Shown: in pieces, positions 18,972-28,374 of the stretch | Layout: each line of letters begins with the position of its first letter | Position numbering within the stretch: the first letter of the stretch is position 1 | From: Candidatus Marinacidobacterales bacterium | GTDB taxonomy: Bacteria; Acidobacteriota; Vicinamibacteria; Marinacidobacterales; SMYC01 | Direction of reading: 5' to 3' | NCBI GenBank assembly: GCA_965237955.1 | Contig: OZ250169.1 | Coordinates: 4,704,001 to 4,768,000, forward strand | DNA: 64,000 nucleotides | The notes under the pieces: generated by a model | What the model saw: the letters and a program-made list of their open reading frames with translations, nothing else | Told to the model about the DNA's origin: nothing | The model's database searches: none | Made by a program: the position numbers and the translations under genes

Positions 18972-19931
18972 ATGGGAGGCGAGAGCACTACGGACTTGGA
19001 TCGAAAAGAGAAAGAGCTCGGCAAGGACGGTAAAGCCACCGCCGAAGCCGTCTCTCCCGGCGTCCCCCAACCCGAAGTAAGCCCCACAAAGAAACCACCG
19101 AAAAACGACGAACTGTTTCGCCAAGGCGAAAATCTCTATGCGCTGGGAATGTACCAGCAGGCGATACACGTCTGGACGCGCATTCTCTTCCTCGAGCGAG
19201 GGGACACACGCGCCAAGAGCGCTATCGAACGGGCGAAACGTGCCGTCTCCGAGCGTCAGCGTGAGCTCGATGTCGAGCTCGCCGCGGCAGCGGAGCTTCT
19301 CGATACAGGCGATATCGAGGCGGCAGCCAGCGGAGTCCGACACGTCCTTTCCATCGACCCTCGGTATGCGGAAGGCCATCAACTAGCGGAGCGCATCGCC
19401 GCGCGGAACCGGCGGAACGATGTGATTCCGACGAACGCGGTCGTGGACGAGGACGCGAGCGAGAGCCCCCCGTCAAAAAAACGCGGTCTCCTCCTGCGGG
19501 TCTCCCGCAAGGCGCCACCAACTCTGCGCCCGAGGAGCAACGCGTCGTCTAGCAAGATGGCGGGGTTCAAGATGGGGGGCTTCGGGCTGGGTGTGATCCT
19601 CGTGTTCGCGTCGGGTGCTCTCTACCTACATCTCAATTGGGAGTCCATCGTCAGCGACGGTGCGTTCGTCACTGGGAGCGCGCTCGCTCCGGGCGGTCGA
19701 GGGCCGACGGATGCCAGCGTGCCCGGGGCTTCGGAGCTCCGTTACTACAACGGGGCGAGGCTCTACGCGAAAGGCCGCTACCGTGAGGCCCTGGCTGAGC
19801 TCAGCCTCGTCGGGCGGGACGACGCCGTTTTTGAACGAGCGCGGAGTCTCATCTTGCGAATCGAAGACCGGCTCTTGCGCGGTGGAGAGTTTCCGCCGAG
19901 CTCCGACGATACGGTACAACCAGGGCAGTGA
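18972..19931 (+). CDS. TPR-containing single-pass membrane protein
   Basis: TPR-like GENLYALGMYQQAIHVW and GARLYAKGRYREAL; TM FGLGVILVFASGALYL. Confidence 0.7.
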   Translation: MGGESTTDLDRKEKELGKDGKATAEAVSPGVPQPEVSPTKKPPKNDELFRQGENLYALGMYQQAIHVWTRILFLERGDTRAKSAIERAKRAVSERQRELDVELAAAAELLDTGDIEAAASGVRHVLSIDPRYAEGHQLAERIAARNRRNDVIPTNAVVDEDASESPPSKKRGLLLRVSRKAPPTLRPRSNASSSKMAGFKMGGFGLGVILVFASGALYLHLNWESIVSDGAFVTGSALAPGGRGPTDASVPGASELRYYNGARLYAKGRYREALAELSLVGRDDAVFERARSLILRIEDRLLRGGEFPPSSDDTVQPGQ

Positions 19932-19943
19932 GGTAGCGTCACC

Positions 19944-20933
19944 GTGGTTTGCGAAAGCTGTCAGTCCGAGCTCGAACCGGTCATGGTTATCTGCCCCGCT
20001 TGCGGCGTTCGCGTTCAGCACGGGCGCGAAGACGTTCATTGGCGACAGCAAGTCAGAGAAACCGTGGAGCGCCACAAAGCGAAGCGAAGACGCGAGCAAA
20101 CGAAACACGACGACGAGGCACGTCAACTCACGATTTTTCCGGAAACTTCGGAGCAAGACGAGGAAGACCGAGCAGCACGAGCGCGCCGGGCCGAGATCCG
20201 AGCGCGTGTCGAAGAGCGGATGTCGAAGCGACATACCCGGTCTCTCGACGCTCGTTCTCATGCTGGCGAAGTCCCTTCGCGTGGGGGAGCGGTCGCTGCC
20301 CGAGCGCTTTCTAGATCGGCGCATGCTCATTCCGCTCAATCGGATCCGGTGGCCCGCATGGAATCGACGGCGGACGTCGCGGTCGAGCGCGCAATCGATC
20401 CTACTACCCTAGAGTTCGGTTCTGACGAGCTCGCCCGGGGAGCTGATTTCGAGATCGCCCGCGACGCTCCCATGCCCGATTTATCGTCACCGTCTGCCGA
20501 GCCGTTCATCGCCTTTGGACTCGCCTCGCCGGGTGAACGGGTGCTCTCCGGGTGCATCGACATGGCGTTCGTTTCGCTCATTCAGCTCATGCTCTTCTAT
20601 CTCACCACGCACCTCGTCGCGCAGCGCCTCGGTGCTCTTCCTACGTCGGCGCTCGTAGCCATGGGTCTCGTGGGAGCCGTACTCGCGGCGGGCTACTTCT
20701 TGTTCTTCTGGAGTCTTTCGGGACAGACGTTGGGAAAGCTTCTCACGGGTGGCCGTGTCGTCGACTGCAGTGGCGGCGGCGGCGCGCTCGGTGCGAGCCG
20801 CGCGGCGCTCAGACTGGTTGGTGCTGTTCTCTCGGCTGTGCCTCTCGGTGCAGGCTTTCTCGGTTTGTGGACGGATACGGAGCGGCGCGGCTGGCACGAT
20901 CGTCTCGCGGGCACCAAAGTCGTCCGCGGCTGA
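19944..20933 (+). CDS. Zinc-ribbon + RDD family membrane protein
   Basis: CxxC...CPACG; RVLSGCID, GQTLGK, RGWHDRLAGTKVV. Confidence 0.88.
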   Translation: MVCESCQSELEPVMVICPACGVRVQHGREDVHWRQQVRETVERHKAKRRREQTKHDDEARQLTIFPETSEQDEEDRAARARRAEIRARVEERMSKRHTRSLDARSHAGEVPSRGGAVAARALSRSAHAHSAQSDPVARMESTADVAVERAIDPTTLEFGSDELARGADFEIARDAPMPDLSSPSAEPFIAFGLASPGERVLSGCIDMAFVSLIQLMLFYLTTHLVAQRLGALPTSALVAMGLVGAVLAAGYFLFFWSLSGQTLGKLLTGGRVVDCSGGGGALGASRAALRLVGAVLSAVPLGAGFLGLWTDTERRGWHDRLAGTKVVRG

Positions 20934-20975
20934 ACGCGCCGCTATCCGTCGTCATCTTTTATTTGGCCAGTCATC

Positions 20976-22736
20976 GTGGATCGTCTCTTTCTAGCCGGGC
21001 TCGTGCGTGAGATCGATTCTGCGGTTGCCGGGGCTCGTGTTCGCGGGGTTCGAGTCGATAGCAACGGGCGGTCGCTGACGCTGTCGTTGAACAAGTCTGG
21101 GAACAAGTCTGGGAAGAAATCTGGAGCGTCCTCAGAGCTCGAGCTACATCTGGGTCCGGGAAGCGCGGGCGTGTTCATGCGACCGAGCGAGATCGCACGA
21201 AAAACAGGTCGCGCTCGGCCGCGTGAGGCGAAACTCGAAAAGTTACTGGCGTCGTCGGTGATCGTATCCGTCGACATGTCGGAGCTCGATCGCGTCGTCA
21301 CCATCGTCCTCGAACAAACACGTCTCAGCGGAAAGAAGCGCCATCTTGCGCTCGTGCTCGAGCTCATGGCCGTGCGCAAGAGCGTTTATGTCATCGACGT
21401 CGACTCGTCGAACGTCGTCGATTGTTTGTCGACGGGAACCGCACGTCTCAACCCAGGCGATCGTTACCGTGCGCTCGATCCGCCGCCGTACGCGTCCTTG
21501 CCCGCGGCGAATGCCGACGAGCTCGAGCGGCGGATTGCGGAAGCGACGCCAGAAGGGCCGAATAAGCCGAATAAGCCGAATAAGGAAGACGAGCTCGACA
21601 ACGCCACGCTCTTGTCCGCGACCGGATGGACGCCTCTGCTCGTGAAAGAGATGCAGTTCTTGATCAAAGAAAAAGGCGAGTCGCCGGCCTCGGCCTTCGA
21701 TAATTTGCAGAATCGACTCAGGGCGTCCCGGCCGGTGATGTACGTCAATCCCGAGCGAACGTCTATTGTGCTGTTGTCGCCAATCACTTTGGAGAGCGAG
21801 ACCGAGCTCGAGCCACGCCCGATGGCAAGCTTCGATGCGGTGATGGCGGAGGCGGTGCGACTCACCGGCGACGCCGAGCGATCACAGGCTCTCGGTCAAC
21901 GGCTCGGTTCTGCTGTTTCGCGACGCGACAAGAGCTTGCGCACGCTTCGGCAGAAACTCGTTAGGCAGCAAGGCCAGCTGCTACAGCCGGCCGAGCTCCG
22001 CCAAAAAGGCGAGACGCTACTCGCGGGGCTCCGACAAGCGGAGCGCATCGATGACACTCACGTTCGCTTGCCGGATCCGTTTCATCCCGAAGGGCGTCCG
22101 ATCGAAATGGAGATCGATCCGAGGCTGGGCCTGCCCGAAAACGCCGAGCGCATGTTCCGTCGCTCGCGCAAAGTCGAAAGAACAGAGATCGAGCTTCGGA
22201 GGCGACTCGAACAAGTGGAGCAACAGTTGACGTACGCCGAGGGCGTGCGCGTGAGTCTCGACGATGCGACCGCGCTCGACGAGCTCGAGTCGATTCGGCG
22301 AGAAATGGAAGAGCAACATCTCCTCGCTCCGGAGAAAACCCGCGTTCGTTCAGACGATGGCACCAAGCGGCTTCCACCACGGAGCTTTACCACCCATCGC
22401 GGGAACGTCGTTCTCGTCGGACGATCGGCGCGCTCGAACGCCGAGCTCACCTTTCGCTTGGCCAAGCCGGACGACTTGTGGCTGCACGCATCGGGCATGC
22501 CTGGCTCCCACGTGGTGTTGAAGCGCTCGGGGTCCATCGAACCCGACGAAGAGGAGATCTCAGAGGCTGCCGGCTACGCGGCCTACTTCAGCAAGGGACG
22601 AAACGACACTTACGTCGATGTCATGGTCACCGCGCGTCGCAACGTGAGCAAGATCAAAGGCGCGCCACCCGGTCTCGTCAGAGTATCCAACATGAAGACG
22701 GTGCGTGTGCGCCCGAAACCGCCTCCTGCTTCGTGA
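20976..22736 (+). CDS. rqcH: NFACT-family ribosome quality control protein RqcH (FbpA-like)
   Basis: NFACT-N with DRVV and LELM motifs, coiled coils, ENAERMF, NFACT-R VGRSARSNAELT..DLWLHA..GSHVVL. Confidence 0.9.
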   Translation: MDRLFLAGLVREIDSAVAGARVRGVRVDSNGRSLTLSLNKSGNKSGKKSGASSELELHLGPGSAGVFMRPSEIARKTGRARPREAKLEKLLASSVIVSVDMSELDRVVTIVLEQTRLSGKKRHLALVLELMAVRKSVYVIDVDSSNVVDCLSTGTARLNPGDRYRALDPPPYASLPAANADELERRIAEATPEGPNKPNKPNKEDELDNATLLSATGWTPLLVKEMQFLIKEKGESPASAFDNLQNRLRASRPVMYVNPERTSIVLLSPITLESETELEPRPMASFDAVMAEAVRLTGDAERSQALGQRLGSAVSRRDKSLRTLRQKLVRQQGQLLQPAELRQKGETLLAGLRQAERIDDTHVRLPDPFHPEGRPIEMEIDPRLGLPENAERMFRRSRKVERTEIELRRRLEQVEQQLTYAEGVRVSLDDATALDELESIRREMEEQHLLAPEKTRVRSDDGTKRLPPRSFTTHRGNVVLVGRSARSNAELTFRLAKPDDLWLHASGMPGSHVVLKRSGSIEPDEEEISEAAGYAAYFSKGRNDTYVDVMVTARRNVSKIKGAPPGLVRVSNMKTVRVRPKPPPAS

Positions 22737-22762
22737 GGCGGGGCGAGATAAGATGATCGGCG

Positions 22763-24001
22763 ATGACAGCCGCCATTCTCGCGATCGGTGACGAGCTTTT
22801 CGCTCCCGGGCGCGTCGAGTCCAATTCCGTTTTCTTGACCGAGCAGCTCGCGCGATACGGAATTCCGGTGGGTTTCCGCGCGGTTGTCGGTGATGACGAA
22901 CAAGCCATCGCGCTTGCGACCGAGAGCGCGCTGAAGGCGAACGACCTCGTTTTTCTTACGGGCGGGCTCGGGCCGACGTCCGATGACTTGACTCGGGATG
23001 CGGTGTCGCGCGCGCTCGAGCTCGAGTTGTCCCTCGACGAAACGATTCTCGACGGCATCCGCGCCCGCTTCGAGCGGCGTGGCATCACCATGCCCGAGGT
23101 GAATCGGTGCCAGGCGATGGTGCCAAAAGAAGCCACCGTACTCCCGAATCGTCGCGGCACCGCGCCCGGGCTGTGGATTCCAATAGGATCGGGCAAGGCC
23201 GTGGTGCTTCTTCCCGGACCTCCCCCCGAGCTCGAACCCATGTTTCGGGATCACGTCGCACCGCGGCTTAACCCGTTCTCGTCGGGGGCGGTGTACGAGG
23301 TGAAAAAACTCCGGGTGGCTGGGCTTGCCGAGTCTTCGGTGGAACAGAAGATCGCATCTACTTACCGGAGTGTAGCGAACCCGTCGACGACGATCCTCGC
23401 GTCGGCGGGACAAGTCGAAATTCGGCTGACGGCGACCGATCAAACTTCCGAAGCTGCAGCCGCGAAGAACGAAATCTTGGCGTCGAGCCTGCGAGAGATC
23501 CTCGGAGATGCGATCTTCACCGAGAACGAGGAAGAGCTAGAGGACGTCGTAGGATCTCTGCTTGTGTCGAGCGGGAAACGCATCACCGTCGCCGAGTCTC
23601 TAACGGGCGGACTCATTGCTGAGCGTATCACCGACGTGCCGGGCTCGAGCCGATACTTCGATGAAAGCTTCGTCACCTACAGCAACGAAGCGAAGAGCGC
23701 GCTCCTCGGCGTGCCGGCGGAGCTTTTCGAGCGCGTCGGAGCCGTCAGTGAGGAAGTCGCGCGCGCGATGGCAACGGGTGCATGGGAGCGAAGCGGGGCC
23801 GACATCGCTGTCGCGGTCACCGGCGTCGCCGGCCCGACCGGTGGAAGCGAGCGAAAACCGGTCGGCCTCGTGTACATCGCGCTCGCGGCCGAAAATGGTG
23901 TTCACGTCGAGCGATTCCAATTCCCCGGCGCCCGCCGCCAAGTCAAACGCTGGACGTCCCAAGCGGCCCTCAACATGGTCCGCCTCGCGTTGCTCCGGTG
24001 A
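22763..24001 (+). CDS. cinA: Competence/damage-inducible protein CinA (MoCF-biosynth + PncC)
   Basis: IGDEL, GGLGPTSDDLT, GTAPG, LPGPP.E, AESLTGG, TYSNEAK, TGVAGP. Confidence 0.96.
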   Translation: MTAAILAIGDELFAPGRVESNSVFLTEQLARYGIPVGFRAVVGDDEQAIALATESALKANDLVFLTGGLGPTSDDLTRDAVSRALELELSLDETILDGIRARFERRGITMPEVNRCQAMVPKEATVLPNRRGTAPGLWIPIGSGKAVVLLPGPPPELEPMFRDHVAPRLNPFSSGAVYEVKKLRVAGLAESSVEQKIASTYRSVANPSTTILASAGQVEIRLTATDQTSEAAAAKNEILASSLREILGDAIFTENEEELEDVVGSLLVSSGKRITVAESLTGGLIAERITDVPGSSRYFDESFVTYSNEAKSALLGVPAELFERVGAVSEEVARAMATGAWERSGADIAVAVTGVAGPTGGSERKPVGLVYIALAAENGVHVERFQFPGARRQVKRWTSQAALNMVRLALLR

Positions 24002-24012
24002 CCGCTTTTTTT

Positions 24013-24113
24013 CAACGCAAAGGCGCAAAGGCGCAAAGGCGCAAAGGGCGCAAAGATCTGGGTTCGGATGCTCGTTTTTCTTTGCGTCTTTGCGCCTTAG
24101 CGTCTTTGCGTTG
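24013..24113. repeat. Inverted octamer-repeat element (CGCAAAGG)n/(TCTTTGCG)n
   Basis: Five CGCAAAG units 24016-24055 opposed by four CTTTGCG-like units 24079-24113. Confidence 0.9.
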
Positions 24114-24122
24114 TTCTTTTCG

Positions 24123-24698
24123 ATGATGAGAGTTTTCCTCGCGGTTGAGCTTTCCTCGACCGTGCGAGACCGTATCGCAGCGTTTCAGGATGAATGGAAG
24201 CCCCGGATTCAGTCGGCCCGGTGGGTTCGTGGGGAGAATCTGCATCTCACGCTTCGTTTCCTTGGGGAGGTCGAGCCGTCGGTTGTGGCGGCGCTCGTCG
24301 CCACGCTTCCACAAAGTGTCCGTGGCTGTCAGCCGTTCAGCTTCTCGTTGCGAGGCGGCGGGTGTTTCCCCAACGCGAAGCGTCCTCGGGTCGTTTGGGT
24401 TGGCGTCGATCCCGTTCCCGACGAGCTCCACCGCCTGCAGCGAGCCGCGGACAAGGCGGTGCAACCGCACGGGTTCGGGCCGGAAGGCCGTGGTTTCGAG
24501 CCGCATCTCACCATCGCCCGATTCAAAACGTCCAAACCGTCCAAACCGCCCGAAAAGTCAGTGGCACCTCTCATGAAGGCGCTCGAGGGGCGCGATTTCG
24601 GCGAGACTCGCGTATCCGAAGTCGTTCTCTTCGAAAGCCGGCTTTCCCCACGAGGCGCCAGCTATCACGCCGTCGAGCGATTCAGATTGGGTCCTTAG
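24123..24698 (+). CDS. thpR: RNA 2',3'-cyclic phosphodiesterase (2H family, LigT)
   Basis: MRVFLAV, HLTL and HLTI 2H motifs, PRVVW.G. Confidence 0.94.
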   Translation: MMRVFLAVELSSTVRDRIAAFQDEWKPRIQSARWVRGENLHLTLRFLGEVEPSVVAALVATLPQSVRGCQPFSFSLRGGGCFPNAKRPRVVWVGVDPVPDELHRLQRAADKAVQPHGFGPEGRGFEPHLTIARFKTSKPSKPPEKSVAPLMKALEGRDFGETRVSEVVLFESRLSPRGASYHAVERFRLGP

Positions 24699-24714
24699 GG
24701 CCCGCAAGAATAGC

Positions 24715-24723
24715 TGGTATAAT
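24715..24723 (+). promoter_or_regulatory. Extended -10 promoter of cyclase operon
   Basis: Perfect TGGTATAAT ~40 bp upstream of the ATG at 24765. Confidence 0.6.
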
Positions 24724-24764
24724 ACGAAGTTACAGGGATCTGTCGTTTCTAACCATCGCGCCAT

Positions 24765-26354
24765 ATGTACGAGTTAGCGTTTCACGAGGACGGGAGTGAG
24801 CAAGTAGTACCCATCCGTCCCGCGGGCGTCGTGATGGGCCGCTCGCCGGATTGCGACGTCGTGATCAAGGATTTCGGCGTTTCGCGCCGTCACGCCGAAG
24901 TCGTCGTCGACGGCCAGAGCTGCCGGCTCGTCGACCTCAAGAGCAAAAACGGCACCCAGGTCAACGGGGTGCGGGTGCCAGAGGCACTTCTCGCCGACGG
25001 CGACCAGATTCTTCTCGGGAAGTTCCTGGTCTATTTTCGAAAGACACTCGACGAAAAGGTCGTCCTCGACGAAGAGAAACCGATGCTCGAGGAGGCGGGG
25101 ACCATCATCCGGAGCGTCGGCGAGCTCTCGAAGTTTTTTCTCGATGAGAAGCCACCCAAGGACGAGACCAAGCCGCGCGCTCCTTCTCCCAAGGAAGACG
25201 ACGAGCTCGCCAAGATCAATCGCGTTCTCAGAAGCTTGTCCGAGCTCGCGAAAGCTCTGATTTCGGCTCAGCCCGAGGAAGTGCCGGCCCGCGTGATGGA
25301 CGCCGTGTTCGAGCACATACCCGCGGATCGTGGTTTCCTCATGCTGTACGACGACGAGGGCAACTTGAAGCCGCGCGTGGTCCATCATCGTCACGGTGAC
25401 GATGAGAAGATCACGATCAGCAAGACGATTGCCGACCGCGTCGTTCAGGATCGCGTCGCGATTCTGACGTCGGACGCTCAAGTCGATCCGCGATTCGCCT
25501 CCGGCGACAGCATCCGCTTCCACGGCATTCGCTCCGCCATGTGCGCGCCCCTGTGGAAGGGCGACGCGGTCATCGGCATCATCCATGTAGATTCGCCAAT
25601 GCAGACGAAGACGTTCACCCCAGACGATCTCGAGCTACTGTCAGCGCTTTCGAACTACGCGGCGGTGGCAATCCAACAGGCGAGCTTGAACAAGAAGGTT
25701 CAGGAAGAAAGAGTGGCGCGCGAGCGGCTCGAGAAATACTTTTCGCCGAACGTCGCGACCCGGATTCTTTCGGAAGGTGAAAAGGAAGTTCAAGAGCTCG
25801 AAGTTTCGGTGCTGTTCGCGGATATCGTCGGCTTCACGCCGATGGCGGAGAAGATGAGCCCGCCGTCGGTGGCCAAGCTCTTGAACGAGTACTTCTCACG
25901 CATGGAAGAGCCGATCTTCGAGCACGAGGGAACGCTCGACAAGTTCATCGGCGACTGCATCATGGCGGTGTTCGGCGCTCCGTACCCTCAAGAGGATCAC
26001 GCCGTACGGGCGGTGCAAGTGGCTCTCGATATGCGCCAGCGGCTGAACGAGCTCAACACCGAGCGAGGTGGCAGTGCCCCCATCCAAATGCGGATGGGTA
26101 TCCACAGCGGCCGGGCCGTGTCCGGGCCGATGGGCTCGGAAAAACGCCGGGAGTTCACCGTGCTCGGCGACACCGTCAACATCGCTTCCCGCATCGAGTC
26201 GATGGTCGCGAAGAAGGGGCAAATCGTCATCGGTGCTCGTACCCACGATCTCGTGGAGGGCAAGTTCGAAATGAACGATCTCGGCGAGGTGACGCTGAAG
26301 GGAAAGAGCAAGACCGTTCAGGTCTACGAAGTGGTGTCGGAGAAAACCCATTGA
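24765..26354 (+). CDS. FHA-GAF-class III adenylyl cyclase
   Basis: FHA (GRS..D..I...VSRRHA..SKNGT), GAF (IRSAMCAPL), cyclase FADIVGFT, DKFIGD (K), EFTVLGDTVNIASR (T,N,R), indicating ATP specificity. Confidence 0.93.
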   Translation: MYELAFHEDGSEQVVPIRPAGVVMGRSPDCDVVIKDFGVSRRHAEVVVDGQSCRLVDLKSKNGTQVNGVRVPEALLADGDQILLGKFLVYFRKTLDEKVVLDEEKPMLEEAGTIIRSVGELSKFFLDEKPPKDETKPRAPSPKEDDELAKINRVLRSLSELAKALISAQPEEVPARVMDAVFEHIPADRGFLMLYDDEGNLKPRVVHHRHGDDEKITISKTIADRVVQDRVAILTSDAQVDPRFASGDSIRFHGIRSAMCAPLWKGDAVIGIIHVDSPMQTKTFTPDDLELLSALSNYAAVAIQQASLNKKVQEERVARERLEKYFSPNVATRILSEGEKEVQELEVSVLFADIVGFTPMAEKMSPPSVAKLLNEYFSRMEEPIFEHEGTLDKFIGDCIMAVFGAPYPQEDHAVRAVQVALDMRQRLNELNTERGGSAPIQMRMGIHSGRAVSGPMGSEKRREFTVLGDTVNIASRIESMVAKKGQIVIGARTHDLVEGKFEMNDLGEVTLKGKSKTVQVYEVVSEKTH

Positions 26355-26384
26355 CGTTAACCACTTGGATATCGAGGTGAAGCC

Positions 26385-28265
26385 ATGAGGCCGAGCGGGA
26401 CGACTTCGCCCACGCGCGTGAGACGACGAGGGAAGATTCTCTACTCGCTGATGGGCGTCATGCTCGCCGCCGGTCTCATTCCTCTCGTGCTGATGACGAT
26501 CTGGATTTTCGGGCGAAACCGCGACGCGCTGGAAGCGTCGGAGAGACTCCTCCAAATCGACCAGACACGCTCCATTGCGCAGCAGGCGCGTCTCTATTTG
26601 CAGTCGATGCACGATCAGATCTCCGCGATCGCCGAGACGCTCGAGCTTGCATCGAGCCCCGGAGCGGTGCAGGCGCGCATCGCGTCGGTCACTCCCGAGG
26701 CGCTTGCAGATTTCGTCGAAGAAGACCGGGTTCGCTCCATCACCGTGTTCGATCGCGAAGGACGATTTGACGTCGCCGGCTACACGCTCGACGACCAGGC
26801 CATCGAGAACTCGCTTCATCAATCACTCGTGGAAGCGCTTCAAGGCAACTCATGGGTGTCGGAGCCTCACATCTCCGAGCCGCTTCTCGACACCGTCGTC
26901 ATCATGTCGGCGCCGGTACGCGCCTCCTACGGGGGAGAGGGAGAGCCGATCGTCGCCGGTGTCGTCTCCGCCGTGGTCAGCCTGAAGCCGATCGAGGAGA
27001 TCGTTCGGCAGAAAGGCAACGATCGGCGCTCGGTGTATGTGGTCGACGCGAGCGGACAGCTGGTGACGCACTCGGACCCCGAGACCCTCTATGAAGGGGT
27101 CGACGTCTCGAACACCGCGATCGTGAAAGCGTTTCAAGACTCTCGCGGCCAGGCGAGCGGTTCGGTCAACTTCGAGCTCACCCAGGACGGCCGGGTCCAA
27201 CGACTCTTGGGCACGTATACACCCATCGGGGATCGGAACTCCTCGGTCTCGTTTCTGACGACGCTCGGCTGGGGCGCGATCGTGCAAGCCGAGGAGGAAG
27301 CGGTGTTTTTCTCGGTGCGCGAGATCATGACCGACAGTATCGTCATCGCCGTGATCGCGGCTGGGTTTGCCGTGTTCTTGGCGGTTCTGTCGGCAGGCCG
27401 ACTCTCACAGCCCGTCGCCGAGCTCGCCGAAGGCGCGCGCCGTATCGCATCCGGCGACTTCACTCAGAACATCGACGTTACCAGTGGCAACGAGATCGGT
27501 GAGTTCGCCGAGACGTTCAACTTCATGATGCTCGAGATCCGCCGTTTCATCGAGCGTCTCCGCAAAGCCGCCGAGGAGAACAAGCAAATGTTTCTCGGTG
27601 CGGTGAGCTCGTTGGCAGCGGCGATCGACGCGAAGGACCCTTACACCGCAGGCCACTCCGAGCGCGTTGCGCACTACTCGGCGACGATCGCAGCCATTCT
27701 CGACCTTCCGGAAGAGGACGTCGAGAACGTCCGCGTTTCGGCTCTGATGCACGATGTCGGGAAGATCGGTATCGAGGACAGCATTCTCCGCAAGGCAGGC
27801 CCGCTCACCGACTCAGAGTTCGAGATCATGAAGACTCATCCGTCGGTCGGCGCTGCGATCATGGATCACGTTCCCCAGCTGGAAGCCATGATGGCTGGCA
27901 TCAAGTGCCACCACGAAAACGTGAACGGCACGGGCTATCCCGACGGGCTCAAAGGAGATCAGATCCCGCTACAAGCGAAGATCGTGAGCGTCGCCGACAC
28001 GTTCGATGCGATGACGACGAATCGTCCCTATCAGAAAGCCATGGAGATTACCTACGTGTTCGCACGCATGCGGAGCTTCATCGGCAAGAAGTTCGACCAG
28101 AGGATCGTCGAAGCGCTGATCACCGCCTACGAAGAGGGACTGGTTCGGCCGAACATGAAGGTCAAGAGCGTCATCAAAACGTCGCCCACGGTCGCCAAAC
28201 AGCCGCCACCGCCGCCGGACGATCTTCCGGGCTCCCTCGTTTCAATCCCCGACGGGCGGTGGTGA
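26385..28265 (+). CDS. Membrane Cache-HAMP-HD-GYP cyclic dinucleotide phosphodiesterase (PmxA-like)
   Basis: 2 TMs, Cache-like periplasmic domain, HAMP, DAKDPYTAGHSERV, HDVGKIG, HHE..NGTGYP, DAMTTNRPYQ. Confidence 0.92.
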   Translation: MRPSGTTSPTRVRRRGKILYSLMGVMLAAGLIPLVLMTIWIFGRNRDALEASERLLQIDQTRSIAQQARLYLQSMHDQISAIAETLELASSPGAVQARIASVTPEALADFVEEDRVRSITVFDREGRFDVAGYTLDDQAIENSLHQSLVEALQGNSWVSEPHISEPLLDTVVIMSAPVRASYGGEGEPIVAGVVSAVVSLKPIEEIVRQKGNDRRSVYVVDASGQLVTHSDPETLYEGVDVSNTAIVKAFQDSRGQASGSVNFELTQDGRVQRLLGTYTPIGDRNSSVSFLTTLGWGAIVQAEEEAVFFSVREIMTDSIVIAVIAAGFAVFLAVLSAGRLSQPVAELAEGARRIASGDFTQNIDVTSGNEIGEFAETFNFMMLEIRRFIERLRKAAEENKQMFLGAVSSLAAAIDAKDPYTAGHSERVAHYSATIAAILDLPEEDVENVRVSALMHDVGKIGIEDSILRKAGPLTDSEFEIMKTHPSVGAAIMDHVPQLEAMMAGIKCHHENVNGTGYPDGLKGDQIPLQAKIVSVADTFDAMTTNRPYQKAMEITYVFARMRSFIGKKFDQRIVEALITAYEEGLVRPNMKVKSVIKTSPTVAKQPPPPPDDLPGSLVSIPDGRW

Positions 28266-28374
28266 GCAAAGTGCCCCCGCTGGCCAGCCAGTCTCGAATC
28301 GGATTCGGCAGTAGTATCTAAGTCCTTGTTTGCGCTACAATACGGCCTTCTTGAACAGCACAAGGAGGTCATGG

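Noticed and set aside
24013-24113. CRISPR array (here or at heptamer loci)
   Set aside because: Units are 7-8 bp contiguous repeats with no unique spacers and no cas genes
23616-24122. N-terminal extension of thpR (likewise 30735 for ribE and 43635 for the 43779 gene)
   Set aside because: Overlaps the upstream gene and repeat; family N-termini (MRVF, MFTG) define the later starts
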